A DNA stretch of 61,827 nt from IMG/VR virus record IMGVR_UViG_3300043411_000598, positions 1 to 61,827 of that record, one strand, 5' to 3'. A model generated the notes under the pieces. The model saw nothing but the letters and a program-made list of their open reading frames with translations, searched no databases and was not told the origin of the DNA. Positions within the stretch are counted from its first letter, which is position 1; each line of letters begins with the position of its first letter. The DNA comes from a virus (lineage: Duplodnaviria; Caudoviricetes). Positions 1 to 9,185 of this stretch are shown in pieces. The position numbers and the translations under genes were made by a program.

Positions 1-2
1 GC

Positions 3-2681
3 GCCCGCGCAGTAGCGCGAGAGATGGGCCGTGAGCTAAATCAAGCTGAGCTGCGTGATATCGAGCGCCGCGTGAATTATCACATGCGTTCGCTATCTCG
101 CGCCAATCCTAGCGAATGGGCCGGTAAATCAGAAGATGAGCGGCTTACGGAAGCTGGCGTTGCTGCGGCGCGTGAGATCGTCACTGAGGCCAGGCGGCGC
201 AAGGATAATCTAGAGCGCCGCGTTATCCGGCTATCAGCACTGAATGACTTTGTGGACCGGGATGTAGCTGAGGCGCGGGATAACCCACGTCAAGCCATGA
301 TCGGCGGCGGCGGCATTACTGGGGCGGCTTTGAATGCAGTCGGCATTGGCGCAAGAGCGCCAGACCTTCCGCTTCGTAGTGATGCTGTCTCGCGTATCTT
401 TGCGCCTACGGCAGGCAAGGAGAGCCCCGAGAGCGGCGCTGTCGATCAAGTCGCGCAAGGCGCTTACGGCGATGCTGTCCGTTCGTTGGTTGATGTGTTC
501 GAGGCTGGTAAGCGCCGGGGCATCTGGCGTTTCATTCCGTTCAATGAGCCGGGAACGAACGCCCTCCTCCGCAGAGCGTTGGCAGGCATAACCGAGAATG
601 TGCCGGCTGAATTTACCCGCATGGCAAAGCTTGCGCATGACTACATAGACTTGATGCGCCGTCGCTATAATGCTGCGGGCGGTGCTGTCGGCCGCTTGGA
701 AGATTGGGGTGAGCCGCACCGCTGGAGCGACATTCTCGTTATTCGTGAGGCTAAGCGCCGGGGCAATGGGGACATTGAAGCTGGCCGCAAGCTGATCGCT
801 AAAGACTTCGCCCAAGCGGCAGTACGCCAGCGTTACGTCCATGAAGATGGGCGCATGATGTCCACCGAGGAAGTCATCGGCTTTATGGATGAAGCGCTTC
901 GGACCATCACGACAGACGGCGCCAATAAGCGCTTGCGTGGTGAGACGGCGGAATATTCCCAGTCCGTTACGGCTAACCGCCATCGCGCTCACCGTGAAAT
1001 TCACATTCGCCCTGATGCCGTGGAAGCATTGCTTGGACAATATTCTGAGATGGGGGCGATGGAAAGCCTCCTCCTCCACATGCGGAGTATTGCGCGAGAC
1101 GTTGCTCTCATTGAAACGCTTGGGCCAAACTCAGAGTTGACGGCAGAGCAACTTATCCAGCGCGCTTACGATGAAGACCTGTCAGCTTTCCCAGACAAGA
1201 AGAACCATCTTCAAACCATCCGCGACCACAACCAATATCTATTCGACTATATCGCTGGAAATGCTAACGGGCGGCGCAATGGCCTCAACGCTACAGCCTC
1301 GTTTCTCCGTTCATGGGCGACGTTTAAGAGCCTTGGTTCTACCGTGTGGGCATCGCTAACTGATCCTGTCAACATGCAACACGTAGCGGCGGCGCGCGGG
1401 CTAGATGCTGGACGGCTCTTTATCAACGATCTGGCTATGTTCGTTGGCAATGGCCGCCGCTGGGCAAAGCGTGCGGGCCTTATCACGGATACAGTGGCAG
1501 GCTACGCGGATCGCTTTAACTTCGACAATCTCGCAGCCCCCGATATTGGCGCGCGCGCTGCTTCCTTCACGATGAAGGTAACGGGCCTTAACTGGGTGAC
1601 TGAAGCAAGACGGGCCGCCTTCGGCCTTACCTTCATGGATGCTGTAGGCCATCTCGTGCGCCACAATGAGAGCATCGGTAATCTCAAAGATGCAGACGAT
1701 GCGGCTATTCTCTCTCGCCTGAACATCGATGAAAACACGTGGGCCGTGTGGCGTCTAGCCAAACTGGAAAGCCGTGGCAGTAATCGCACTGTGCTCAGCA
1801 CGCAATCGATCTATGCTATTCCTGATGCGGATATCACCGCCCTCTTCCCTGGTGCTGACGCTGCTCTTACGCGCAACCGTGCAGCAACGGCTCTGCTAGG
1901 CATTATCAAAGACGAGACCAACACTGCTATCATCACAGCGGGTTCACGCGAGCGCGCGGCGATGCTAGGCGATCAGACCAAGAGCGGCGCAGGCACGCTT
2001 GGCGGCGAGCTACGCAGAAGCGTACTCTTGTTCAGATCATTCCCATGGACATTCATGTCTCGCCAGTGGGACTTGGCAAAATCCATCGACGGCGGCGGCA
2101 ATCGTGCAGCCTATGCGGCATCACTTATTGTGAGCACATGGGCCATGGGCGTGCTCATCAATTGGATTTACGACCTAAAAGACGGCCGCGATCCTGGCGC
2201 CATCGATCCGCAATCGGCTGAAGGGCGGCGTAATATCATCGCCGGCCTTATGCGTGGTGGCGGACTTGGGTTCTTTGGTGATTTCCTTTTCGCTAACTCA
2301 GATCCAAGCGGCCGCAGCCAATCGCTGACTTCATCGCTGAGTGGCCCTATCGTCTCGCAAATCGATGAAGTGCAACAGCTTACGCTTGGCAACCTAAACC
2401 AAGAAGCGGCCGGCGAAGATTCTAACTTCGGTCCTGAAGCCGTGACGTTCGCTCAAAGACAAGTCGCTCCGAATTGGTGGTGGTCTAACTCCATCCTGCA
2501 GCGCTATATCTTCAACGCTCTGCAAGAAGAGATTGAGCCTGGCTACAACGCGCGCCGAATGCAGCGCCAGTTTAACAACCGAGGCACAACCTATTACTGG
2601 AACCCAGCGGAGCCGGAAGATATCCGCGCACCTGATTGGTCGCGTGCGGTTGAAGGCGACATGCCGGAACGGGCGAACTGA
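3..2681 (+). CDS. Large internal virion/ejection protein (epsilon15 gp17-like), probably 5'-truncated by a few codons
   Basis: Frame is open from the window start (ARAVAREMGRELNQAELRDIERR), resembling the N-terminus of this family. C-terminal GGGLGFFGDFLF motif. Lies directly upstream of the tailspike module. Confidence 0.7.
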   Translation, partial: ARAVAREMGRELNQAELRDIERRVNYHMRSLSRANPSEWAGKSEDERLTEAGVAAAREIVTEARRRKDNLERRVIRLSALNDFVDRDVAEARDNPRQAMIGGGGITGAALNAVGIGARAPDLPLRSDAVSRIFAPTAGKESPESGAVDQVAQGAYGDAVRSLVDVFEAGKRRGIWRFIPFNEPGTNALLRRALAGITENVPAEFTRMAKLAHDYIDLMRRRYNAAGGAVGRLEDWGEPHRWSDILVIREAKRRGNGDIEAGRKLIAKDFAQAAVRQRYVHEDGRMMSTEEVIGFMDEALRTITTDGANKRLRGETAEYSQSVTANRHRAHREIHIRPDAVEALLGQYSEMGAMESLLLHMRSIARDVALIETLGPNSELTAEQLIQRAYDEDLSAFPDKKNHLQTIRDHNQYLFDYIAGNANGRRNGLNATASFLRSWATFKSLGSTVWASLTDPVNMQHVAAARGLDAGRLFINDLAMFVGNGRRWAKRAGLITDTVAGYADRFNFDNLAAPDIGARAASFTMKVTGLNWVTEARRAAFGLTFMDAVGHLVRHNESIGNLKDADDAAILSRLNIDENTWAVWRLAKLESRGSNRTVLSTQSIYAIPDADITALFPGADAALTRNRAATALLGIIKDETNTAIITAGSRERAAMLGDQTKSGAGTLGGELRRSVLLFRSFPWTFMSRQWDLAKSIDGGGNRAAYAASLIVSTWAMGVLINWIYDLKDGRDPGAIDPQSAEGRRNIIAGLMRGGGLGFFGDFLFANSDPSGRSQSLTSSLSGPIVSQIDEVQQLTLGNLNQEAAGEDSNFGPEAVTFAQRQVAPNWWWSNSILQRYIFNALQEEIEPGYNARRMQRQFNNRGTTYYWNPAEPEDIRAPDWSRAVEGDMPERAN

Positions 2682-2688
2682 AAACGCA

Positions 2689-2721
2689 AAAAGCGCCCCC
2701 ACCTTTCGATGAGAGCGCTTT
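2689..2721. terminator. Probable bidirectional terminator between convergent genes
   Basis: AAAGCGC...GCGCTTT inverted repeat between stops at 2681 (+) and 2726 (-). Confidence 0.5.
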
Positions 2722-2725
2722 AAGT

Positions 2726-3538
2726 TTACGCAGACTTCTGACCAAAGAAGAGCCCCCGAATGAATGAGGGACGGTCAGCAACGCGGGCCTTGGCGACTTC
2801 GGCCATTTCCAGCGCCTTCTTTTCAAACTGCCGGCGACGGGCTCGCGCTCGACGTTCGGCCGCTTGACGCTCCTTGGCTTCCCAAGGCGTTTCCGGTTTC
2901 GGCTTATGCAGGGCCGTATTAGCCCAACCGAGAGTGCCGTAAACGAAAACCGCCGCCAACAAAGCCGCGAACCATGCGCCATCAATGCGCGCGGTGCGAA
3001 CTTCATCGGCCTTCTTTAGCTCAATCTGAGCGGCGGCCATTTGCTCTGAACTCACGTAGCATTGTTCGCCCGGAGCAAGTTCGATGCAGTGACCAATCGC
3101 CGTTTCGCGGTCGATTGTGTAGCGCTCGGACTCGATGTATTCGAGACGAGACGCCCGCTGCACCTGTAACGAGAGTGCGTTGGTGAAGAAGATGATCGGG
3201 ATAATCAGGAGCGCGCGGGAGACGGTTTGCGCCGCCTTCGCTCGCTCGCGATGTTTTGGACGAGGATCAGCTTCAAGTTCAGCTACAGAGCCAAAGCCTA
3301 GGACCGCCAAAATCCCAGACCCGTAGCTGAGGCCAATCTCCAACGCGGCAAGTGAAATCGCCACGCCAAGAAGATTGACCGTTTCCGTTGTCGATTGGCT
3401 AATGCCAGCGGCGGTGAAAAGTTCAACGCAGGTGAGCACGCCAAAAGACGCCAGCGTAAGCGGAAGGTTGCGACCTGAGATGCAGGCTGCCTTCCATGCG
3501 CGCTTGAGCTTAGCGCGAAGCGGTTTAGTATCAGTCAT
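2726..3538 (-). CDS. 4-TM membrane protein A (moron; superinfection-exclusion candidate)
   Basis: Three N-terminal hydrophobic segments, soluble loop, fourth TM, basic tail. Purine-rich RBS-like GAAAGGGG upstream. Antisense to the late genes. Confidence 0.75.
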   Translation of the reverse strand: MTDTKPLRAKLKRAWKAACISGRNLPLTLASFGVLTCVELFTAAGISQSTTETVNLLGVAISLAALEIGLSYGSGILAVLGFGSVAELEADPRPKHRERAKAAQTVSRALLIIPIIFFTNALSLQVQRASRLEYIESERYTIDRETAIGHCIELAPGEQCYVSSEQMAAAQIELKKADEVRTARIDGAWFAALLAAVFVYGTLGWANTALHKPKPETPWEAKERQAAERRARARRRQFEKKALEMAEVAKARVADRPSFIRGLFFGQKSA

Positions 3539-3650
3539 TGGGCTAACGCCCCTTTCGTAAGAAAGCGCGCGCCGGGGTTCAGAGTTCGATGGCTGGCCCC
3601 GGCGTGGCGGTTTGTTGGGCGGGGATGTGCAGTCCCCTTACCCTAGACGC

Positions 3651-3688
3651 AAAAAGACCCAGGCAAGCTTCTCCAGCCGGCCCAGGTC
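3651..3688 (-). terminator. Intrinsic terminator/attenuator in the leader of membrane gene A
   Basis: Minus strand GACCTGGGC...GCCTGGGTC followed by TTTTT. The stem needs G-U pairs that form only on the minus strand. Confidence 0.75.
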
Positions 3689-3798
3689 CGTTTTAAAATG
3701 TCGTCTGGATGTCCCCGACTTCTTCCCGTTCTTGAGGCCTTTGCGGCTCAACCTCTTCGGCGTTTTCCTAGTTCGGTGCGGCGGGGGCCGGATCGACA
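3651..3798 (-). ncRNA. Putative ~150 nt structured sRNA or leader RNA
   Basis: Bounded by a near-consensus promoter and a terminator. Long interrupted stem (TGTCG/CGACA, CCCCG/CGGGG) with an apical hairpin. Confidence 0.55.
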
Positions 3799-3804
3799 GG
3801 TGGG

Positions 3805-3833
3805 AATATACCAAGGCCCGCTCATGGTGTCAA
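3805..3833 (-). promoter_or_regulatory. sigma70 promoter
   Basis: Minus strand TTGACA-N17-TATATT. Confidence 0.85.
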
Positions 3834-3903
3834 TACGCAATGTAACTACATGACGTAGATATAATGTTTGACTAACAGGTGTCGGGGCTGGCATATCAGG
3901 CCT

Positions 3904-4083
3904 ATGGCAAACACCTTTCCGAAGCGGTGGACCGAAGCATTCCAGATGCGGGTTGCGCCCGAATTTCTTGAGAAGCTTGATCGGATTAGCGCTGGCTTAG
4001 GACTGACCCGTTCGGAGGCAATTCGGATGCTGGTGGACGAAGCAGACGCCAAGCTTGAGACTAAGGCCAAACGCTCCCGCTAG
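3904..4083 (+). CDS. Ribbon-helix-helix (Arc/CopG-like) regulator
   Basis: FQMRV beta-ribbon then LEKLDRIS...TRSEAIRMLV. Start refined to ATG 3904. Palindromes ATGTA-AC-TACAT and CTAC-N5-GTAG at 3840-3858. Confidence 0.8.
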   Translation: MANTFPKRWTEAFQMRVAPEFLEKLDRISAGLGLTRSEAIRMLVDEADAKLETKAKRSR

Positions 4084-4231
4084 CCCACAATCCACGCCAG
4101 CGCCGATTCCAGCCAAGCCGCAATCAGATCAGCGCAAACCGTGATCGCCACCCATAGGGGGATAGAGAGGCATAGGGCTATAACGTGCCGCGCTTCGGGG
4201 TGACGCATAGGGATTACTAACACGAGTTGGT

Positions 4232-4263
4232 AAGCCCCTCTACCCTCGCTTAGGCCAGATAAT
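4232..4263 (+). promoter_or_regulatory. Late promoter motif copy (AAGCCC-N20-GATAAT)
   Basis: Same motif and spacing at 6723, 36412, 38685, 41268, 42425 and 47608. Confidence 0.7.
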
Positions 4264-4272
4264 CTTGGCCTT

Positions 4273-6426
4273 ATGACCGTAAGCACAACCGACTGCCGTT
4301 TCGCCTACTCCGGCGATGGCGTGACCACAGCGTTTAGCTTTCCTCGGAAGGTTATCAGCGCCTCTGACATTACGGTTTATCTGGTCGATGAAACGACCGA
4401 TACAAGCACGCTTCAAACGAACCCGGCGAACTATACCTTTATGGGTTCCGGTTTGTCGAATGGCATTTACGCCACGGCGACCATCACGTTCGTAACGGCC
4501 CCTACTTCAGACCAGCAAGTCGTTATCTTTCGGGATGGCGACTTAGTTCAAGAGGTGGATTTCGAGAGCGAGACGGATGTTCAGGCAGCGCTGAACCGCT
4601 TCGCAGATCGTGACGAAATGAAGCTGCAGCGTTTGAGCGATCAGATCGCGCGCTCGCTTCGCATGGATGACGGCGACCCAGAAGCGACCATGCCGGCGCT
4701 TCCACACAAGGCGTTGCTGGCTAGCAAAATCCTTGGCTTCGACACGGACGGTAATCCAGAGCCGGTTGAAAATAACGGATCCTCGAACGCTGTAACTGCT
4801 GCTGGGTCAACAACCGCGCGCACGCTTGCAGATCGTTTCGGCGATGTCGTGAACGTTCTGGATTTTGGCGCCGTTGGCAATGGCGTCACCGACGACACGA
4901 CGGCGATTAATGCCGCGAACACTTTTGCAGTCGCGGAAGCGCGTGCGCTCTATTTCCCTGGCGGCTATACGTTCCTCTACACCGGCAATGGCCTCACCGG
5001 TTCGGCGATGCGCCTTCTTGGCGACGGCATCTCGCAGTCCGTCATCGTGCTCGGCGCTGGCAAATACCTTGTAAATGACAGCGCGCTTTGGGGCTCGTTC
5101 TATATGAGCGGGCTTCGGATTGTGGATGGCGCCGGCGCTGTGCGCAGCACCTACACAAGCACGATGGTGCAGCTCACCTTCCAGATCAACGACTGCTATT
5201 TCTACGGATATACTGGGCCGTGCATCTCGAACAATTCGAGCGACAACCCGCACTGGCACATTGAGAATTGCATCTTCTGGGGCGGCGATGACACCACGTG
5301 CGTTGGCATTGCGCTGAAGGGTTTGACGGACTCAAACTTCATCGCTCACAACACGTTCCGCAAGAACAAGGTTTGCATCAAGCTCGGTGATGGCGGCAAC
5401 AACGCCTATGTCGATTTCAACGACTTCGTTCAATATGACGGCGGCACGGGCCGGGTTGCGATCCATGTTGTGCCGGATGCGGACGGCACGAACGCGGGAA
5501 CCGGCCTCGTCGTTGGCAAGTCCAACAAGTTCGGCAACGAGAACATCGATAGCTCAGACTTCCGCATCGTCTATGCGGATGAACTGAGCGGCACGTATTT
5601 TGGCGACAAGCTGCCGGATACGTCCACTAACTCGACGGGCTATATTCGCGGCCACAATATCGGCGGCGCGTTCATTGGCGGCGGCTCCAGCCCACAACAA
5701 CCGCTGATCAAGTCGATGACCAAGCGCGTCTTTGGATGCAGCTATACCAATATCGCGATCGGCGGAACGCCTCCGACTTATATCTTGGAGTTTTCACAGA
5801 CGCCGGATGCGCTCGGCGCGAGCGATCCCGAATGGAATTTGATCGGGCCGGTGGTGTTCGATGGCTTTGAGGCTGACGATCTTGCGGGCTTTGCGGCCTG
5901 CTCATCGTACAACAGCGTCAAGGTCTTTGACCCTTCTGGCAGTTCCACATGGAAAACAAAGCAGCCCATCGTAATCGAAAAGCCAGATGACGGTGCCGTA
6001 GGTGCAGCGCTTTGGTTGTATCACAATAGCGCTTCACCAGCAGCGAGCGACATCGCGGGGCTTCTGGTGGTGCGCGGCAACGACAGCGCTGGCAACGTTA
6101 TGAACTACGGCGACGTGCGTCTGTATATCGACGATCCGACCGACGGATCGGAAGACTCGCAATGGCAGATCAGCACGATTGTAGGCGGCGCGTACGCTGC
6201 TCGCCTAGTGGTTCAAAATGGCATCTATTACGCTGGCGGTTCTGACCCCGGCGCCGGTAAGTTCAACGGATTGGCTTTTCACGTTGAGGGCACGCAGGTC
6301 GTTGGCGCGCAAGGCGCAGCGGTGTCGGATGCTTTGACGGGTGGAAGCGCGACGGCTGCCGACTGCGCGACCCAGCTCAATCTCATTCTGGCGCGCCTTC
6401 GGGCGCATGGACTTATCGCTGCGTAG
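4273..6426 (+). CDS. Tailspike 1: T7 gp17/epsilon15-type N-terminal anchor plus pectate-lyase-like beta-helix
   Basis: MTVSTT..YSGDGVTTAFSF anchor, VNVLDFGAVGNGVTDDTTAINAA motif, C-terminal ILARLRAHGLI motif. Confidence 0.9.
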   Translation: MTVSTTDCRFAYSGDGVTTAFSFPRKVISASDITVYLVDETTDTSTLQTNPANYTFMGSGLSNGIYATATITFVTAPTSDQQVVIFRDGDLVQEVDFESETDVQAALNRFADRDEMKLQRLSDQIARSLRMDDGDPEATMPALPHKALLASKILGFDTDGNPEPVENNGSSNAVTAAGSTTARTLADRFGDVVNVLDFGAVGNGVTDDTTAINAANTFAVAEARALYFPGGYTFLYTGNGLTGSAMRLLGDGISQSVIVLGAGKYLVNDSALWGSFYMSGLRIVDGAGAVRSTYTSTMVQLTFQINDCYFYGYTGPCISNNSSDNPHWHIENCIFWGGDDTTCVGIALKGLTDSNFIAHNTFRKNKVCIKLGDGGNNAYVDFNDFVQYDGGTGRVAIHVVPDADGTNAGTGLVVGKSNKFGNENIDSSDFRIVYADELSGTYFGDKLPDTSTNSTGYIRGHNIGGAFIGGGSSPQQPLIKSMTKRVFGCSYTNIAIGGTPPTYILEFSQTPDALGASDPEWNLIGPVVFDGFEADDLAGFAACSSYNSVKVFDPSGSSTWKTKQPIVIEKPDDGAVGAALWLYHNSASPAASDIAGLLVVRGNDSAGNVMNYGDVRLYIDDPTDGSEDSQWQISTIVGGAYAARLVVQNGIYYAGGSDPGAGKFNGLAFHVEGTQVVGAQGAAVSDALTGGSATAADCATQLNLILARLRAHGLIAA
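5691..5808 (+). repeat. 118-nt perfect direct repeat of the window's last 118 nt (61710-61827), within a ~0.95 kb diverged repeat
   Basis: Base-by-base comparison; offset 56019 nt. Confidence 0.95.
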
Positions 6427-6442
6427 CGCGTAAGACCGCCGT

Positions 6443-6718
6443 GTGAGATTGCTGGCGTTTTCCGCGTGTTTGTTTTTCGCTTCGTGCGCTCCGGTGGAGA
6501 CGTCGCGTGATGTTGCTATCGAAAGCGGCGCGCTCGTCTGTCCATCCCGCCAAGCCCTCAGCGATGCGATCCAAGCCGGATGGGAAACGCCAGCGTGTCG
6601 CACAACAACATCCGACACCGAAGCCACGCTGATTGCCGACGAGCGTGGCGAGCTTCGCGTTCGCATCGATGGTGAAAGCGCTGACGCCTTCGTGCAGGCC
6701 AGCGCGCTCACTCACTAG
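6443..6718 (+). CDS. Small lipoprotein
   Basis: Signal peptide with lipobox-like FASC; directly after the tailspike. Confidence 0.65.
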   Translation: MRLLAFSACLFFASCAPVETSRDVAIESGALVCPSRQALSDAIQAGWETPACRTTTSDTEATLIADERGELRVRIDGESADAFVQASALTH

Positions 6719-6761
6719 CCCCAAGCCCCCGTTCCACGTAGAACGCCATAAGCTTGGGCTC

Positions 6762-7079
6762 ATGGATTGGCTTGCTCTCCGAGACTACGCACGCAACCTT
6801 CTCGCCAAGATCGCGAATAGCGGCTGGCGGCCTATCTTCGGCTGGGGCGGCGTCCCGTTCTTTTACACCCTGCTCAAGTTCTCGTACATTGAAGCGGTTG
6901 CGAACCAGCTTCCCCTGCCCGATGGCTATTACTTGGCGGTCAACGCCCTCTTCGGGCTTTACCTTGGCGCCTTCGTTGCGCGTGGCGTTGAGAAGGCTGT
7001 TGAGCGCCACCAGAACGGCCGCACACAGCCAAACTCTCCAACCCCTGAGGGTGGCCTTGTGAATCAAGGAGCGCTCTAA
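6762..7079 (+). CDS. Holin (GTA 3TM holin-like)
   Basis: SGWRPIFGW motif, TM segments, RGVEK. Start refined to ATG 6762, 7 nt after a late-promoter -10. Confidence 0.75.
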   Translation: MDWLALRDYARNLLAKIANSGWRPIFGWGGVPFFYTLLKFSYIEAVANQLPLPDGYYLAVNALFGLYLGAFVARGVEKAVERHQNGRTQPNSPTPEGGLVNQGAL

Positions 7080-7177
7080 TGGCTATCGTTCGCGGCGTCT
7101 GCATGTTGTTCGGATGCATGGCGATTATCGCTGGCCTCGTGCTGATCGCCTACCTTTTCGATTGGAACGTGGTCTAG
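7079..7177 (+). CDS. 32-aa single-TM peptide
   Basis: MAIVRGVCMLFGCMAIIAGLVLIAYLFDWNVV; ATG overlaps the holin stop and its stop abuts the next start. Confidence 0.5.
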   Translation: MAIVRGVCMLFGCMAIIAGLVLIAYLFDWNVV

Positions 7178-7807
7178 GTGCTGCTTTTAATCGCCTTCGG
7201 TTTTGGCTGGGTCGCAAGCTCGCTTCATACACAATATTGGGCGAAGCTGAAACCAGCCGTGGGGCGCGCGCTGGCTGCTGTGTTTGGTCGGCAGCCAGCG
7301 TTAGCGTCTGTGCCAGGGGGCCAAGTTGCGGCGACGGTTATTGTTGAGCCCAACGAAAACCCAAAACAAATCCGCCCTACCATACGACCATTCCTCTCGG
7401 GGATCTCGATGCCTTTCGGTGTGCCGTGGCGTTTAATCGGGTGCGTGGCAGTCGCCGCGCTTGTGCTCGGTATCCTATATTTTTACGGGGAATCTCGCTA
7501 CGCCGAAGGCGCGGCAGTCGAACGCGGCGAGTGGCAACAGAAGTATATGGACGCCCAAGAGCGGGCTCGCCACGCAGAGTATGATCTAGCAATGGATCGC
7601 CTCTCCCGCGAACAAGAAGCAGAACGTTTACGGGTTTCACGTGAAGCTAATTTAGCCCGTGTTCGCCAAGAGATAGCCAATGCACCCGATCTGGAAGCTC
7701 AGTACGCCGCTTATCTTGCTCACCGCGACAGCCTGCGCGCACAATCCGCCGAACGTCTCGCTGGGGCTAGGACCGATTATCTGTCCAGCATCGCTCCAGA
7801 CGCATGA
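7178..7807 (+). CDS. i-spanin (Rz-like)
   Basis: TM followed by periplasmic coiled coil; overlapped by a lipoprotein ORF. Confidence 0.7.
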   Translation: MLLLIAFGFGWVASSLHTQYWAKLKPAVGRALAAVFGRQPALASVPGGQVAATVIVEPNENPKQIRPTIRPFLSGISMPFGVPWRLIGCVAVAALVLGILYFYGESRYAEGAAVERGEWQQKYMDAQERARHAEYDLAMDRLSREQEAERLRVSREANLARVRQEIANAPDLEAQYAAYLAHRDSLRAQSAERLAGARTDYLSSIAPDA

Positions 7808-7985
7808 GCCAGGACCAGGCCCGATTGATCGAGCCATTCTGGAAACGCTTCCGCCCTCTGCCGTCACCTACTTCATGGACTACGGGGTCCAAGTCGAAAG
7901 CTCCTTGGACGCTGCCAACGCCAAGGGCGATGAAGCGCTAGAAGCGTGTGCGGATTATAACCGCCGCCTAGCGGAGGCCCGCTAA
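7680..7985 (+). CDS. o-spanin (Rz1-like lipoprotein)
   Basis: Lipobox-like ATAC, Pro-rich with additional Cys, overlaps the i-spanin in another frame. Confidence 0.7.
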   Translation: MHPIWKLSTPLILLTATACAHNPPNVSLGLGPIICPASLQTHEPGPGPIDRAILETLPPSAVTYFMDYGVQVESSLDAANAKGDEALEACADYNRRLAEAR

Positions 7986-8165
7986 TGTGGGAAGTGTATT
8001 TTGGTTTCGGGTCCGTTCAATCTCTCGGCTCTGCTACGGCGGAAGACCCGCCGCGACGTGACAACCTCCGTCGCCTCCGTTCTACCAGTGAAGCATTCTG
8101 CCGAGCGGCTGAGCGTGGTGGCGTAACCGTTGAAGCTGAGCGCGAGCCTATGGGCTTCGCTATTC

Positions 8166-9185
8166 CTAAGCCGCTTTAGCCTGCTGCTTGTCGCGCTCTC
8201 GGAACCAGCGATAGACCGTGGACTTATCCCGGCCCACCTTCGCGGCGATTTCCACAACCTCAAAGCTATCGCGCATGGCGAAGGCTACTGCCTTGGCGTC
8301 CTGCCATTGTGAGATAGAAATAGGCTCAGGCGCAATCGCCTCAGGTTCGGGCGTGGCGGCGGCTGTGGCGGGCGCGGTGGCGAACTGAGAGAACCAGCCA
8401 AGGGTCAGAAGGGCGACGCCACGGCTCAGCCAATGGACGTTGGCGCCGCTATTGGCGCGTTGGGCTGGCGGTGTATCGGTTGCCACGGCTGGGCTGGGCT
8501 CGCGGCCACGTTCCGCCAACGCGTATCCCCAAGGCTCCAGAATGGCCCATGCAAGGAAAATAGCGAACAAAAGCAAAGAGATTTGCCAGTCTTGCGGGAC
8601 CTCGCGCGGAAGCGCCGGCCGCTCGCTAAGCTCCCGCTGCGCCTCAGGCAAGCGTGCAGTGGCAACCGCAGTGGTAGCCTCAAAGATTGCAAGGGCGGCG
8701 CGTTGGCGCTCAGCCATTACGTTGGCAGAATCCGAGGGAAGTTGGCGGCGGGCAGTGTCAATCGAGGCGGTGAGAGTGGCGATTTCATTGGTGAGCGCCA
8801 CGCGCTCAGTCTGACGCGCCACATAGGCCGCACGGTGCGCCGATTGCAGCACCACTTGGGCGCCCTTATCTGCGGAGTAGGCGGCAAACAGAACCGAAAC
8901 GGAATAGAAGGCGATGGCGAGAAGTCGCCAGACGAACGGGGCTTGCGCCAGGCGCGCGAAGTTTACCACGGCGCAGGCCGCAATGACCTGAGCTGCGAGG
9001 CAGGCAATAGCCGCTAAGGCATAGACCGGCCAAAGGGGATCAATGCTAGCCCAATCGCGCGTAAACAGGGCAGGGAAGGCGTTCGCTGCGTTCGCCCAGC
9101 CGAACACGCCAATGGCGGCAATGGCCGCGCTGAGCACGACCAGGGCGAGTTTCAGAGCAATATTGCGGTGGCGCGATTGTCCCAT
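8166..9185 (-). CDS. 4-TM membrane protein B with coiled coil and C-terminal HTH
   Basis: Three TMs, coiled coil, fourth TM, then VVEIAAKVGRDKSTVYRWF (HTH). Confidence 0.8.
   Translation of the reverse strand: MGQSRHRNIALKLALVVLSAAIAAIGVFGWANAANAFPALFTRDWASIDPLWPVYALAAIACLAAQVIAACAVVNFARLAQAPFVWRLLAIAFYSVSVLFAAYSADKGAQVVLQSAHRAAYVARQTERVALTNEIATLTASIDTARRQLPSDSANVMAERQRAALAIFEATTAVATARLPEAQRELSERPALPREVPQDWQISLLLFAIFLAWAILEPWGYALAERGREPSPAVATDTPPAQRANSGANVHWLSRGVALLTLGWFSQFATAPATAAATPEPEAIAPEPISISQWQDAKAVAFAMRDSFEVVEIAAKVGRDKSTVYRWFRERDKQQAKAA

Noticed and set aside
3730-3775. c-di-GMP-I riboswitch resemblance (minus strand AGGAAAAC...CGCAAAG)
   Set aside because: No tetraloop-receptor stem follows. 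Kept only as an unclassified structured RNA.
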